From: Eledone cirrhosa | Lineage: Eukaryota | Assembly: GCA_964016885.1 (NCBI GenBank) | Contig: OZ024742.1 | Span: 224,440,001-224,504,000, forward strand | DNA length: 64,000 nucleotides | Reading direction: 5' to 3' | In this document: piece by piece, positions 13,581 through 27,768 of the stretch | Position numbering within the stretch: position 1 is the stretch's first letter | How the letters are laid out: each line of letters opens with the position of its first letter | Translations under genes and position numbers: made by a program | The notes under the pieces: model-generated | Database searches by the model: none | What the model was told of the DNA's origin: nothing | What the model saw: only the letters and a program-made list of their open reading frames with translations

Positions 13581-15065
13581 AGCACCCGCACACCCACACG
13601 CACGCGCACACACATGCACAGATACTTATAGTCTCTTTTACTAATCTTCTAGACCTCTGAACATTGTTTCATTGTATGTTCTATTCCGTCCCATAGTTTA
13701 GGTTGTTAAAAGCATAACACTTGGACACATTGTGACAAGTAAACTAATATTATAGAGGAATACATTTTTGGTGAAGGGAATAAATGAGGAAAAAAACAAA
13801 CATGACTTTCACTACTATGTCTAACTTATTTATCTTTTTATATTTAATTGTGTGTTCTGAGTTCAAGTTTCGTCTCTTGTCACCGGAAAAGCAGTGACAC
13901 TTCTGCCAGGAGTTGCGACCGAAAGATAGTATCAGCAATGGAAAGACCGATTGAAACACTGTTTCCTTAGTCCGAATTGGCGATCAGCTCTTTTCTTCTT
14001 TTTTATATTTTTATTTTATGTAAACAACAAAGACGAGATGACTTTTTCGTCAGCCATGATTGTGAGTGGAACGTCTTTGAACATAGGTCTTCTCGATCAG
14101 GGATTGACTTAGGGCTCAACAACAACAAGGACAACAACAACAACAACAACAAGAGTTGCAGATAGAACGACTAAAACATTTTAGACAGTAAAGATGTGTG
14201 GTTTATATGTTCAGTTAATATAAACTGACACGGAATAGAATAAAATTGATCGTTATAATGTGACCAGACAGGAGGAAGAGATTTAATCTAAGTCTAGATT
14301 GACGGTAACATAATGGCGGTTTCTGCTGAGAAGATTTTTTTTAGATAATATTTTAACGGTATTGCCGTAGTAAACTGATGATACTGGATCCTCCATCCGT
14401 TTCGACGATCAGCACTTAGTGAAGGTGCATGGTTTATTTGTTATGGTGCTGGACTCGTGATCATTAGGCCGTAGGTTCGATTCCTGAACCAGGAAGCGTG
14501 CGATGTTCTTTAGCAAGATGTTTCCTTTCACGTAGGACTGTGACTTCTATCACTAAAACACCCTAGAAACTTTCTATGATATGCAACTTCATTAGAAGAT
14601 GGGAGCAGCTAAACCTGCATACGTCTGAGCTGTACATTTTAATTTTCTTCATAGTTGTCCAATCAACTGAACATCCAGCTCGAGAATTAACGTGTAAATG
14701 CTTGAGCATTCCACAGACACGTGTACATTTACTGTAATTTCCAAAAAAATTCAACGTGACACAGTATGTGATAAGGGTGAAGCTATGATTTACAGGATAC
14801 ACAATCTATCTTGTACTATAGTGAAATTTGTTGAGTATTCCACAGATACATGTACCCTTAACGTAGTTCCCAAGCCGAATCAGCGTAACATAATGTCTGA
14901 CAAAGCTGGACATTGGAATAGCAGCCACAGTCCATCTTGTACTTAAGTGTAAGCGGCTGCGTATTATTAACGTAATCCCTAAGCTCTATCAGGGGGAGTG
15001 TTCCACCATGTATATTATGTACACTGTTTATATATAGGCCTCTGAACATTGTTTCATTCTGTAGT

Positions 15066-15134
<69 letters not shown>

Positions 15135-16543
15135 GTGTGTATGTATGTATGTATGTATGTATGTATGTATGTATGTATGTATGTATGTATGTATGTATGT
15201 ATGTATGTATGTATGTATATATGTTCGTATGTATTTTTCTCTACCTGCACCCCATAAGAGCTAAACCTGTGTGTTTTCCAAGGACACCTCTCAATTGTTT
15301 TATAAGTAAGATAGCGGACAATGATTTTACTTCCGCAAGAAAGAACAGCCAATGATGTAAGAGCCAAAATTCAGAAAACAGTGACAGCAGCACACCAGCA
15401 ACTCTGCACGGGAAAATTCTAAAATGAATTTCCCGCATTTCAAAAATTCTAAACCACCGCCACCATCAAAATAAATACAAAGAAAAACAACAAACACAAG
15501 AAAACCAACAACAACACTATCACGAACACTTATTTAGGAAGAAGGACGATAAGGGTCAAGATTTCTGGGATCCCACCAGAGGTGAACATCTGGTGGATAT
15601 TGGCCAGCATTGTCCTAGAAGAAAGCAACACAACCCTGGAGGTGAAACGAACCCGAGTGAAAACTGGTCCGGGATAAATGGGGAGATGCTACTCCACACA
15701 AAACCAGATAATATCCTCATTCGGGAGGGGTGGAGTTGCATGTTATGGTTGATGCCACAAAGCCTCGTTGGGGAAAAACCCTTAACAAAATACGGGAAAC
15801 CATTAGGCCCTTTCGCTGCCAACACCAGGACACCCAAAGCCACAACAATAACACAAATAGCAAAAAAACAAACAAAACAAAACAATAATTTCACCAACCC
15901 CAGTAGCCTTAGTAAACTCAACAACAGTACCCAGCGAAACCAACAACTGCAGTAGCAGCCCCAACACCAGTAACAACAGCAACACCAACAGCAGCAGCAG
16001 TAAGAAAAACAAGCGTCAAAAACTTCTAAGAGCTTTCTCAAAGAAGCTTTCCCTCTTTCTCTCTCCGTCGCCACGAAACACAAATACACACATAGACACT
16101 CACACAAACAGACGCACACTCTCACACATATCAGAGACAGATTAAGCAAACACCGGTACCTCTTCTTCTCGAAGTAAAGATGAGGGAGAGCTCTCCTAAA
16201 AAGAAAACAAAAAGAAAACACAAAATATCTTGCCTCAGGCCAACATGTGTGCCAGAAACACAGAAAACACATCCACAACAAATACAGGCACATCTACAAC
16301 ACCAACCCCACCAACACGACAACCGGCAACAAAACTACCGCTACCACCACCAAACCTACCATAACCACAACTACCTACAAAAAGAAAACAAACACAACAA
16401 CTAACCATACATACATACACCAAATTCGCGCTAGTGAGGTAGGCCAACGAAGAAATGATGGCTCTTATAGCAAGAAGTGAGGATATTGAGAGATAAGGAG
16501 ACATTTTTGGCACCAACAAACTTATAGCACCACAAACATTAAT

Positions 16544-16724
16544 TGTTTCTACTTTTGGCACAATGCCAGCAATTAAATCAGTGCATTACTGGTACTTCAT
16601 TTTATCGACCCCGTAAGGATTAAAGGCAAAGTTAACCTCGGCAGGATTTCAACTCAGACCGAAAATGGACGTAACTCTATGCTGCAAAGCATGGCGCCCG
16701 ACTCTCTACCGATACTGCCAATCC
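16544..16724 (-). mobile_element. SINE family A with 11-bp TSD
   Basis: Near full-length copy; CAAACATTAAT at 16533-16543 and 16724-16734. Confidence 0.9.
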
Positions 16725-16899
16725 AAACATTAATGGTGGTGCGTATGTCTCTTGAGAGTTAGAAAAATATTAGCGAGAGCTTTCCCTACGACGTGGGAAC
16801 CTTTTACTCGGAGGGTAAGCATCCCCCCCCCCTCTTTTTTTCTCTTCACCTTTTCTGGCTAAGATAGCAATTTTAAGACTAACTTGCATACATATACTT

Positions 16900-18753
16900 G
16901 ACCTGGAGACGTGCTGTAAGCAAGGTCGCTTGCTCAATGAATTCGGGTCACAAATGATAGATGTGACACTCGTCAGCCAAGACCAGAATTTCCTACACCT
17001 ACGCGGTAGCCAAAATTTTTGATGGCTTTGAAATCTGCGTATTGCTTAGTCGACCTGAAAAATAGGGGCGGGGGCTGAGTAGCAATGCTGTTTAAGAAAA
17101 GGCTTGATCTCGAGTTACGGAAGATCTTCCTGGACTCTGTCGGTAAGTTTGTGGTTCTGGATATAAGCAATAGCGAAGGTGGTGGTTTTAGACCGGTGGT
17201 CGTCTATGCCCCAGTTGGAGCAGCACGGCCGAATTTCTTCAGGCATCTGGAAGTCTTTCTTCGAAAGTATCGTCCTTTACAGTTAGCCGGGGACTGGAAC
17301 GGCATCTTAGACGCACGTTGGGACTGTGAGGGAGTAGCCGATAGAAGTGGAGTGTGTGCAAAAGTCTCCAGAACCTGACCAGACAATTCCAACATTCTGA
17401 CAGCTACCGAATGCGCCAGTGACATGGAGCAAGGGTCATCAAGATCGTATTCTATTAGGTTAGGGATAGCGTAGTGTGTCCACAACTACAAACGGTCGTC
17501 TATTCACACCATAAATTTGTGATGTGGATGGGCGACCTAGATAGAACACGTAGAAAGATTACTGGAAGGTTACTGGAAGCTTAATGCGTCGTTTCCGGAC
17601 CATAAAGTCTACAGAAACAGGATTAGCGCATTATTTAAGCGCCAGTTGTCTGAGACAATCGTGGTGATTAGAATAGAATCAATAGCTTTTAGTAAAGAAG
17701 TAGCAACAGAAAAATAGAGCAGGAAGGGGGGTTAGTAGCTAAACTAGAAGAGGTGATTAGAAATGGCCTTGGAATCGTCGTGCTAGCCGTGAGAATGGTA
17801 CTAGATAACTTCTTCAATGCGAAACCCGAAGGCTGTATTGTCAGAGCTAAGGAACGTAATCTGTTCGATGGGCCCGACTGGAAGAGGCGCAACGTAGAAA
17901 TAAAGTCACCTTAACGCTGTAAAGAGAAGTAATGGTGGTCAACTGCACCGACTTTCTCGGGGAGATTCGTGGTGTCTTTCCGGAGGATTTTGGTCGGGGG
18001 TCTATCGATAATTTTCAGGAATCCCTAGCCTGGCAGTACTACTGGGGGGCACTGCCTGTTCGAGACAAACTCTACAGGCACGAAAGTGCTGTCAGATGGA
18101 CTTGTCCGAGATACGTGCAGAGTGACGAAACCATTCTGCACGCACATGTCCAGTGTCCTGGAATTATTGATTTGTGGAGTTTTGTCGGACAGCTATTGTG
18201 GCATGTACGACGGATCCGGCTATCGACCGACCCCATTGTGAGGATTTCTCGCTATTTTCCTTTGGTTCGGAAGGACAGGTAGTTTTCCTATGTCTGGTGG
18301 TTGTGGCGAAAGCGGTTGTGTGATGGACTGAAGACAGACACTTTCCTATTCGGTGAAGCCTGCAGCATCTTTTTCAAGCTTCATATGGAAAGGATGGTGA
18401 TAGTGGAGAGGAAAGTGTTGCCCCCAGTACATTTCTTTTTCAAAGGTGGGTGAGTATAGTGAAGCTGGTCCGAGTAAATGGGCCTACTCTGAGAATGCGC
18501 CTGTATGCTAGAGAGTTTAGATAGGACATGCTCACCTTCCTAGATTGCTCTTGGCGATTAGTATGTTTTCGTATCTGTGGCGTTCCTAAACTACCCCTGT
18601 CTGATGCTCTCCATATTGGCTATTCTGTTATTTGTTTTATTGTTAATTGTTACATGTTTCCCTTTTTTACACGCTTATATGTAAATCACTACTGTCCATG
18701 TTTTTTGTATTGTCCTTTATCTTTCGGCCCTAGTGGCCAATAAATGAAAAAAA
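16900..18753 (+). pseudogene. Decayed L1/Tx1-clade LINE ORF2 (APE endonuclease and C-terminal zinc finger; RT apparently deleted)
   Basis: VVVYAP..FFRHL..AGDWNGILD (APE-like), YWKLNAS, and LAWQYYWGALPVRDKL..CPR..ETILHAHVQC (zf-RVT-like); AATAAA plus A-rich end near 18740. Confidence 0.75.
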
Positions 18754-18769
18754 TATAATAATTATTATT

Positions 18770-19062
18770 TTCTTCTTTTTACTCAGCATTTCGTTGTTCC
18801 TTTACTGGTATTTGGATTGCTAGATATCTAGCTGTCTCCCATAGCCTTAATATGGTTCTTACTGTGTCAAGCAAACAATCCTTCACTAGAGTCAGTCAAT
18901 TTCCCTCTATGTTCAACATCTTCAACCAACCATTCAAACTTCTAATGACTCTTCCTAAGGCTCCTATTGCAATTGGGATGATAACAAATTAGCGGAAATT
19001 CCAGATATTCTGCATTTCATAATTTCAGGTCTTGGTATTTTTCTATTTCTCGCGCTTTTGTC
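18770..19062 (-). pseudogene. 3' fragment of an R4/Dong-type (restriction-like endonuclease) LINE in an (AAT)n tract
   Basis: Minus-strand remnants EIEKYQDLK and IIPIAIGALGRV; adjacent (ATT)n at 19065-19127. Confidence 0.55.
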
Positions 19063-19063
19063 G

Positions 19064-19127
<64 letters not shown>

Positions 19128-19278
19128 GTGTAATTATTTCAAAAACAAGTTCGATGACAGAAAGATATATTTTTTATGATTAATATCTCTTTAGTTTATG
19201 AGTTGGATCATTAAAATTGCATTAGTTTCCACTCTATATTGCAGGTGCTGAGAGAGACAAAGAGAGAAAGAGAGAGAG

Positions 19279-19309
<31 letters not shown>

Positions 19310-19923
19310 AACTGAAAGAGAGTACGGTATAGGAAGAAAAGGGGGAGACAGAGATGGATGGATTAATTTGGTAAAGGTAGGCAAGCAGTTGTGGAGAGAG
19401 GGAGATGAAACGTAAAGCAAGAGAAAAAGAGAAATGAGTGAGAAAGAAAGAGAGAAAGAGTGTGATATGAGAGGGGGAGAGTGGTAAGTGGGTGAAAGAA
19501 AGCGAGGATGAAGATGATGGTTTACTATATAAACACTATATATATACACTCTCTCTATAGATAATATATCAAGCTATATTAAATATGATGTAAACTACAA
19601 TTATACTGTAACATATATTTTATACAATGACAAATGGCCTATACAGAAAAAAATAACTATAATAGTTACCTTCTAAAATAACAAAATACACAGGCACACA
19701 TACATGCACACATACAGGCACACATACATGCACACATACATGTACACATACATGTACACATACAGGCACACATACATGCACACATACATGAACACATACA
19801 TGCACCCATCCCCTTTTCTCTCTCTCGCTCTCTCTCTCTCTCACACACGCACACACACACACACATATATATATATAATATATTTATATATTTATATATA
19901 TAATATTATGTATATATATATAC

Positions 19924-20116
<193 letters not shown>

Positions 20117-20314
20117 TATATATATATGTATATATTTGCCGGTGAATTAGGGGTATTTAAACATCGAGATATGTTGAAACCAGTATCTAAATTAAACATT
20201 TAATAAAGTACTCAATACGTAACGTTAAATATGAATGCATATATATGAATGCATATATACACGCACACACACACACACACATATATATATGTATATATAT
20301 AACCATGTGCATTA

Positions 20315-20352
20315 CGAGCTGAGGATCCGCTAAGGTGAAACAATTGTTCTCG
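20315..20352 (+). ncRNA. Minimal type I hammerhead ribozyme in a (TA)n-flanked insert (about 20300-20450)
   Basis: CGAG-CTGAGGA-TCCGCTAAGGT-GAA-ACAATTGT-T-CTCG; palindromic stem III, GUU site. Confidence 0.75.
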
Positions 20353-20447
20353 GTATGGTGAACTAACTGTTGTGTAACCACTTCTACCTAACTCGTCCCA
20401 TGGACTGAGTGCTCTACCACTACGGATATTACCTTCCAGTGTTCTAC

Positions 20448-20492
<45 letters not shown>

Positions 20493-20496
<4 letters not shown>

Positions 20497-20612
20497 AACG
20501 AGTAGGACCCCTACTCGTTCCTATTACCCACTCCATTACCCACTCTACTACCCTAAGTATTGAGTACTTTGGTGCGTTATGGTCCACCTGGTTCCTTACC
20601 ACATTTCCTTCG

Positions 20613-20615
<3 letters not shown>
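20493..20615 (+). mobile_element. P1-family 3' end with a short fold-back
   Basis: TAGGAACGAGTAG..CTACTCGTTCCTA hairpin followed by the P1 tail, (TA)n on both sides. Confidence 0.75.
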
Positions 20616-20684
<69 letters not shown>

Positions 20685-20895
20685 TCACACACACATATAT
20701 ATGAAGTTCGGATCTAGCTATCGAACTGGCCGGAGCTCAGTCGTCGGGGTCTTGAATATGAATTTCTTCATATTACCCACTCTACTGCCCCAAGTATTGA
20801 GAAACCTTTTCTCTCAGCTGTCATATAATATTATTTCGCGCCAAATTTTGGCAAACCAATTCTGTGGTTCATTGGAAATTGGGAAAGGAAGTGTT

Positions 20896-21086
20896 AATAA
20901 TTGTTTCGGCTTTTGCCAGCACAAGGCCAGCAATTATTCCAGTGCATTACTGGTACTTTATTTTATTGACCTCGTAAGGATGAAAGGTAAAGTTAACCAC
21001 GGCAGGATTTGAACGCAGACCGTAAAGAGACGTAACTCAATGCTACAAAGCATGGCGTCCGACTCTCTACTGATACTGCCAATCCA
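20896..21086 (-). mobile_element. SINE family A
   Basis: Matches the consensus of the other copies. Confidence 0.88.
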
Positions 21087-21177
21087 GATTTCTAATCTAA
21101 GCACAAGGCCAATCATTTTTTTTTTGGCAGGAGGGGATCGATTAACTTATTAAGTTAAATAATTGTTTTACTAGAGT

Positions 21178-21269
<92 letters not shown>

Positions 21270-21401
21270 CTATCGATTAATTTTTAAATTGCATTTGTGA
21301 TAGTATTTTACACGTTTTTATTGTATGTAAACTTCCCCCTTTGTATTTGTCCCCTTCTGTTGTGCCCCTGTGGCTAATAAAGAAACATATCTATCTCTCT
21401 C

Positions 21402-21437
<36 letters not shown>

Positions 21438-21511
21438 CCTCTATCCATCTATCTATGTCCCATGAATGTATACATGTGTCTGTATGTGCATGTGTCTGTG
21501 TTTGTGTGAAT

Positions 21512-21543
<32 letters not shown>

Positions 21544-22371
21544 TTGTGTGTATCTGTCTATGTGTGTGTGTATGTATGTGGGCGTGTGTGTGTGTATGTG
21601 TGTGTATGTGTCTGTGTGTGTGTGTGTGTGTTTGTATGTGTTTATGTTTACCGATTCTTCATGGCCCGTAACTTAACAGTTTGACAAAGAAGAGAGCCTC
21701 ACTTGTACCATACTTTAAACAAATCTACAGAAGTTGACATGATTGACTAAGTCAAGGCTATACTCCAGCATGGCCGCATTGAATTGACTGAAAAAAGTAA
21801 AATAGTTGTATCATTGCGTCCATAGTTTTACGTCTATTTTCATTGCTTAATTGTCAGTCGTATAAGTTTCTGAATGACTGTCATAGTTATTGATTTGTTT
21901 AAATAGTATTGATATATCGAACTACATAATACATTGCATGCAGTGCAAGTGAGAGTAAGAGAAGTGGAGATAATAAGAGAGAGAGAGAGAGTGTGTGGGG
22001 AAGTGAGGGGGGAGTACGAAAAGGTGTGAGAAAGAGTAAGAGAGAGTAAGAGAAGGGGAGAGAGAGAGAGTAAGGGAGTGTGAAAGGGGAAGGGAAAGTA
22101 AGAAAATGGGAGAGGGTAAGAGAAGGGGAAGAATATAAGAGAGAGAGAGAGAGAGAGAGTAAGAGGGGGAAAAGAGAGACAACAAAAGCAACGTTAGTTG
22201 TTGTCATTAAACAGACGTTTAAATATGGCAACAACTACAACAAAAAGCCACTACCAACAACAACATCATGAACACCACCACTATAACCACCACCACTATA
22301 ACCATCACCACTATCACCACCACTACCACTATAACCACCACCACCACCACCACCAGCAGCGCCACCATTTA

Positions 22372-23239
22372 TCTATATATATAAAACTGAGGTTGTCTGT
22401 TTGTCTGTCTGTCTGTCTACTAAATCGGTCGGCACACATCTCCTCCTAAACCTTACATTCAAATGAAGGTCCGGCGGGGACATCGGTCAAAAAAATTTTC
22501 AAATCGACCCACGCCAAGTGCAAAAATCGAATTTGTAATGTATTGATTTTTCAGTTCAAATGTATAAATAGAGATGAGAGACGAGTTATTTCCCTTTTAT
22601 GGCGTCATTCTGACCCGTGTAAAAGTACAAAAGTACACGAACAACTTTCGGGCTAGCAAAATTTTAACCTGCAAAATTCATGAGTTCGAAATTTCAACAT
22701 TAAGCTTCCATTTTGCTTCATTTCCATTAAAAAGTCTTTTAAAACAATATTTTTACTTGAAAACAAGCCTATTTGAATACACCGTAAAACAAGCAAATAT
22801 TTTGTAAAAAAAGCATTGATCTCGAATAAAGGCTTATGAGATTTTCATTTAGAAGCAATGATTTTAAACGACAGACAGATAACGCATTTTTTTTTTTTTT
22901 TTTTCATGTCCATCCAATTTCTTTGTTTCAAAATAACTGATAGTTTGGTTACGCTGATGTTTTTCTCTGAGACAAGTGTAGCAGTGTTTACATTTTCAAT
23001 TTTTGTTAATAGATTGCAGTTTTTATCCCCAGCATCCTCTTTTGTTTTAACATTCGGGTTATGGTTATGTTTTCTTAACTTCATAAGGCATACTGTTGGT
23101 TGAGGGAATATTAATCAAAAGTACCACATGAAAGTCTACACTGTAGACTCTACAGTTTTTAAGCCAAGAACGGAACTTAACATTGTAACTTTAACACAGC
23201 TACTGAGCAGCCCCGAGCAACGCCCGGCTTTACTGCTAG
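22372..23239 (+). mobile_element. Non-autonomous Helitron
   Basis: A|TCTATATATATAAAACTGAGG start; 3' imperfect hairpin CCCGAGCAACGCCCGG then CTAG|T; A/T insertion without TSD. Confidence 0.82.
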
Positions 23240-23793
23240 TTGTATATAAACGTATTATATAAGTTTATATATGTCTTCATATACACCTCTATTATGCTTA
23301 AACGCTGTCTTAGTGCTACCGCCAATTAAGTATAACCAGCCAAGTTAGCACTATATGCAAATGACAACTTCCAGCGGATATTTTCCATTTGCTATATGCA
23401 AAAGAGCTTCCCCAGTAAATGATCACCACGCACAATTCTATATAGATTATAATCTATTTCATACCAGTATGTTCTGAGTGAATGTCATTGACGAAAGATT
23501 AACAAATCTTGAATCTTGTGTGACACTCTCAGAATTAAATAGCAACTCTATGATATATTTATAGAGGAATATAGAGAAAAATAACTTTATTTTCGTTTCG
23601 TTACAGAAAAATATTTTGCTTTGGCAGCGAGGCTACCCATAATGTGAATGTCACATGTATGTATATGTCACTTTGAGGAATCAAAGAAAGGAAAATAAAA
23701 AAAATAAAAACAGATCCATAAATATATTTTCCGCGCTACCCCCCCCCCCCCTCTCTCTCTGAAACATACGTACGTACGTTTATATGTTTCATT

Positions 23794-23982
23794 GGTGGAT
23801 TAGCAGTATCGGTAGAGAGTCGGACGCCATGCTTTGCAGCAAAGAGTTACGGCTCTTTATGGTCTGAGTTCAAATCCCGCCGAGGTTAACTTTGCCTTTC
23901 ATCCTTACGAGGTCGATAAAATAAAGTACCAGTAATGTACTGGGTAATTGCTGGCCTTGTGCCAAAAGTAGAAACAATTATT
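23794..23982 (+). mobile_element. Full-length tRNA-derived SINE family A
   Basis: A-box TAGCAGTATCGG, B-box GAGTTCAAATCC, central GCCTTTCATCCTTACGAGGTCGATAAAATAAAGTACCAG (resembles the Meta/MESC SINE domain, from recall), ATTATT tail. Confidence 0.9.
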
Positions 23983-24259
23983 TTATAAATTTTTGCCAAT
24001 AGAGAGAGAGTCAATTTCAAACAGACACACAAGATCCTTTCATTGGAATTTAGACATCAACTAGGTAAATGTATCTGCATGTGTGTATGCGCGTGTGTGT
24101 GCAGGATTGAATGTTATTGTATGTGTGGATCTGTATGCTTTGAGTTATATGTGTGCATATGTTTTGTATCTCTATATGTGTACATGCAGTTATTACATGC
24201 AGAATTTTTGGAATGTTTTACATATTTTACAGTTCTACAAATGGATTGTACTTGTTATT

Positions 24260-24660
24260 TCCTAACTAGTCGTGTTCTTTCTGTTACTGTAAAGGCCAGC
24301 TTCTCAACATTTTTTCACTGAGACAGTTACTAACATATCCCAGAGCTCCAACAATCACAGGTATAAATCTGAAGGTATAGTCAGGGTGGAGTATCTGAAG
24401 ATTCCTCATTAGTTCTGCATAGATATTCTCCTTTTCGCTAATCTTTAATATTATATTGGCATCTGGTGGACGGCTGACTTCCTCTGCTGTGCATGCCTTC
24501 TTTTCCCTGTTCCATATCATTATATCTGGTCTGTTATGCTTGCATTTTATTGGGAACATTCCACCAGTACCAGTACATTGTCGGGCGTGTCTTTTCTACA
24601 GATTGCATTGTATAGTGTTTTGGCAACTACATCATGTCTCATAGGTAGATAATAAAGTTG
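24260..24660 (-). pseudogene. R4/Dong-type LINE restriction-like endonuclease fragment
   Basis: ORF 24284-24559 reads HNRPDIMIW..EVS.P.D.NI..K..EK..IY..L..IPVIVGALG (PD-(D/E)xK REL pattern). Confidence 0.75.
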
Positions 24661-25844
24661 TTATAGTTTCTTTTATTCTTTTACTAGTACCAGTCATTTG
24701 ACTGTGGCACTGCTGGTGCACCGACTTGATTTATTCGATGGTCTCGACGCCATTTTACGGATCTTTTTTCGTCGAATTGGACATGGATACTGACACACTC
24801 ACATACCCACAAAACCTACCCACGCATAAACACACATATATGAAGTGTTTATAGTTCACAAACTGGGAAAACCACAAATCATACTTGTTCTACAGCCACA
24901 TATGCAGTATGAGTGCTGAATGATCAATCGTAACTGAAACGCTAGTGACTGGTGTTCTCACACGGCCACTGAGTTTGCCGTGGAAGGATCACAGCTTAAA
25001 ACACCAATAGCAAGAAATATGTATATCTACTATACATAAACATATCGTATATATTTTTGTATACATTTGTATTTCGTATCAGGCTATGTTACTGCTCCTA
25101 GTAATTAATCCTAGCCAGGTAAGCCCACACTATATACAAATAAGCATCTCCATTAAAAATTATACAAGTTATAGTTTATTCTTCTTTCAATACCGAGTGA
25201 GTAAATGTCATTGATGATGGATAAAAATCTAAAACCCTAGTCTCTGGCGTTCCCATGCGGCTACTGAAGTAACTGCGGCATGATCAGAGTTTTAAATGCC
25301 TTTAGCAAGACTAAGTTTATTGTTATTAGACATGTCGTATATGCTTTAATATACATATTTATTATGAATAACATTATGTTAGTGCTGCTGCAGATATATA
25401 TAAAAAAGTGAAGTCCATAAGAAAAAGCGACATAGGGAAACAATACATTTCAATGAAAACATATTACCTGACTGCTTGATATAGTTGGAAAAGAGTTTTA
25501 ACTTTTAGGATACTAGTCTTTCAGAAGATAGATAAAGAAAGAAATGAGGATGTTCGCAAAAGAAGGCATGTTTGAGCAAGTAGAAGATATTAGCTCAAAC
25601 ATGGTGCTAGCAGGAAGTAGGAGATTGAATCTGAAATCACGTGGTTGCGAATCGAACACCTTAACTATGCGTCCATGACTTCGTCTATTTTTAAGATACA
25701 TAAATCATTTTTCTTGAAAACAAACAAATTGACAAGACATTAATGGAGGATTTTTTTTACTCCGGAATGAATAGGAGATAAACCAATTAAAATTGGCATT
25801 GAGCAAATGATATTTTTCTGTAGATTCATTTATCATATGTAGAC

Positions 25845-25906
<62 letters not shown>

Positions 25907-25953
25907 ATATATATATATATATGAATAATCTATCTACACACACACACACACAC

Positions 25954-25993
<40 letters not shown>

Positions 25994-26001
25994 GAATAAT
26001 C

Positions 26002-26073
<72 letters not shown>

Positions 26074-26099
26074 TATATGAATAATCTATCTACACACAC

Positions 26100-26160
<61 letters not shown>

Positions 26161-26553
26161 GAGATAGATTATTCATATATATATGTATGTGTGTGTATGT
26201 GTGTGTGTGTGTGTGTACTGTGTGTATGTGTGTATTTACAGGAATACAAACGCAAAAGAGTTTAATAAAATTCCTTATTCTGGTTAAATGATGAGCCCTG
26301 TTTCTTTGGAGTTCCATCTGTCTACTTACAGCATGATGACGTTTAAGTAAAAACGAAAGAAAAAAGCAATCAACTCACATAATGTGAAAGTTGAAAGTAT
26401 TTATATTAACAGTTTTACATATTTCTACATTACCAGAGGTGTCAGACATAAATACGTTTGTCTATTCAGATATAATTCTAGGAAATAAGATGGACGTGCT
26501 TAAATCTTGAAACGGCTGAAATTTCAGGAATAAATTAAACTATTCTTATAAAT

Positions 26554-26596
<43 letters not shown>

Positions 26597-26669
26597 ACTC
26601 TTTCTTTCTCTTCTCTCTCTATCTCTCTCTCTCATTCTATCTCTCTCTCTCTTTCTCGCTCTTTCGCCC

Positions 26670-26820
<151 letters not shown>

Positions 26821-26935
26821 TATGTATATATATATATTTATATTATACTAATTAAAATATAGTTTTCGATCGATTCATTCAAACAATATTTTTTATACTT
26901 TTTGCGTATAGATAGATATTATATGTACATATATA

Positions 26936-27436
26936 CGAGGGCAATCCCAAGAGTAAGGTCTCCAAAGCGATGGGGACGCAGAGAAACTGTTGGCAACACT
27001 GTTGTGATTGGTGCTTCCTTCACTCCCAAACAAGCATGCGCGCGCTTCGCTGGGAGGCTCAATCTTGGCTTGGCAGCCGTTGAGAATGGAGCTCCCGTTG
27101 AACGCTACCGCCAAGTGCGTAGTTCGCGCTGTTATTCAGTTTTTGAACGCAAAAGGCGTTGAACCGATTGAAATTCATCGCCAATTGACGGAAGTGTATG
27201 GACAGTCGTGCATGGATGTCAGAAACGTTCGCAAGTGGTGTAGAGAGGTTACAGCCGGTCGTACTGAAATTCACGACGAACAAAGGAGCGGGAGACCGTC
27301 AATTTCCGACGAGACAGTCGCAAAGGTTGAGGAAAACATGCTTAAAGATCGGCGGATCACTCTGGATGCTCTCTGCATTTTGGTTCCTGAGGTTTCCCGA
27401 AGCACCATCCACAGGATTTTAACGGAAAAATTCTGA
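26936..27436 (+). mobile_element. Mariner transposon 5' part (TIR plus N-terminal HTH of the transposase), truncated
   Basis: TA|CGAGGG start; ORF from ATG 27086 with VIQFL..EIHRQLTEVYG..VRKWCREV..RSGRPS..DRRIT (Mos1-like HTH). Confidence 0.88.
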
Positions 27437-27439
27437 TTT

Positions 27440-27768
27440 TCTCATCGGAAATTGACGGTCTCCCGCTCCTTTGTTCGTCGTGAATTTCAGGACGACCGGC
27501 TGTAAACTCTCTACACCACTTGCGAACGTTTTTGACATCAATGCACGACTGTCCATACACTTCCGTCAATTGGCGATGAATTTCAATCGGTTCAACGCCT
27601 TTTGCGATCAAAAACCGAATAACTGCGCGAACTTCGCACTTGGTGGCAGCGTTCAACGGGAGCTCCATTCTTAACGGCTGCCAAGCCAAGATTGAGCATC
27701 CCAGCGAAGCGCGCGCATGCTTGTTTGGGAGTGAAGGAAGCACCAATCACAGCAGTGTTGCCAACAGT
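27440..27768 (-). mobile_element. Inverted duplicate of mariner segment 26986-27314
   Basis: ORF 27357-27746 on minus is nearly identical to 27008-27436 on plus. Confidence 0.9.

Noticed and set aside
15556-16293. 245-aa minus-strand ORF, possibly a LINE ORF1 remnant
   Set aside because: Largely low-complexity with only a hint of a degenerate zinc knuckle, too weak to call.
23794-23885. tRNA gene
   Set aside because: A and B boxes are present, but they head a dispersed SINE with tail and TSDs, and I see no cloverleaf.
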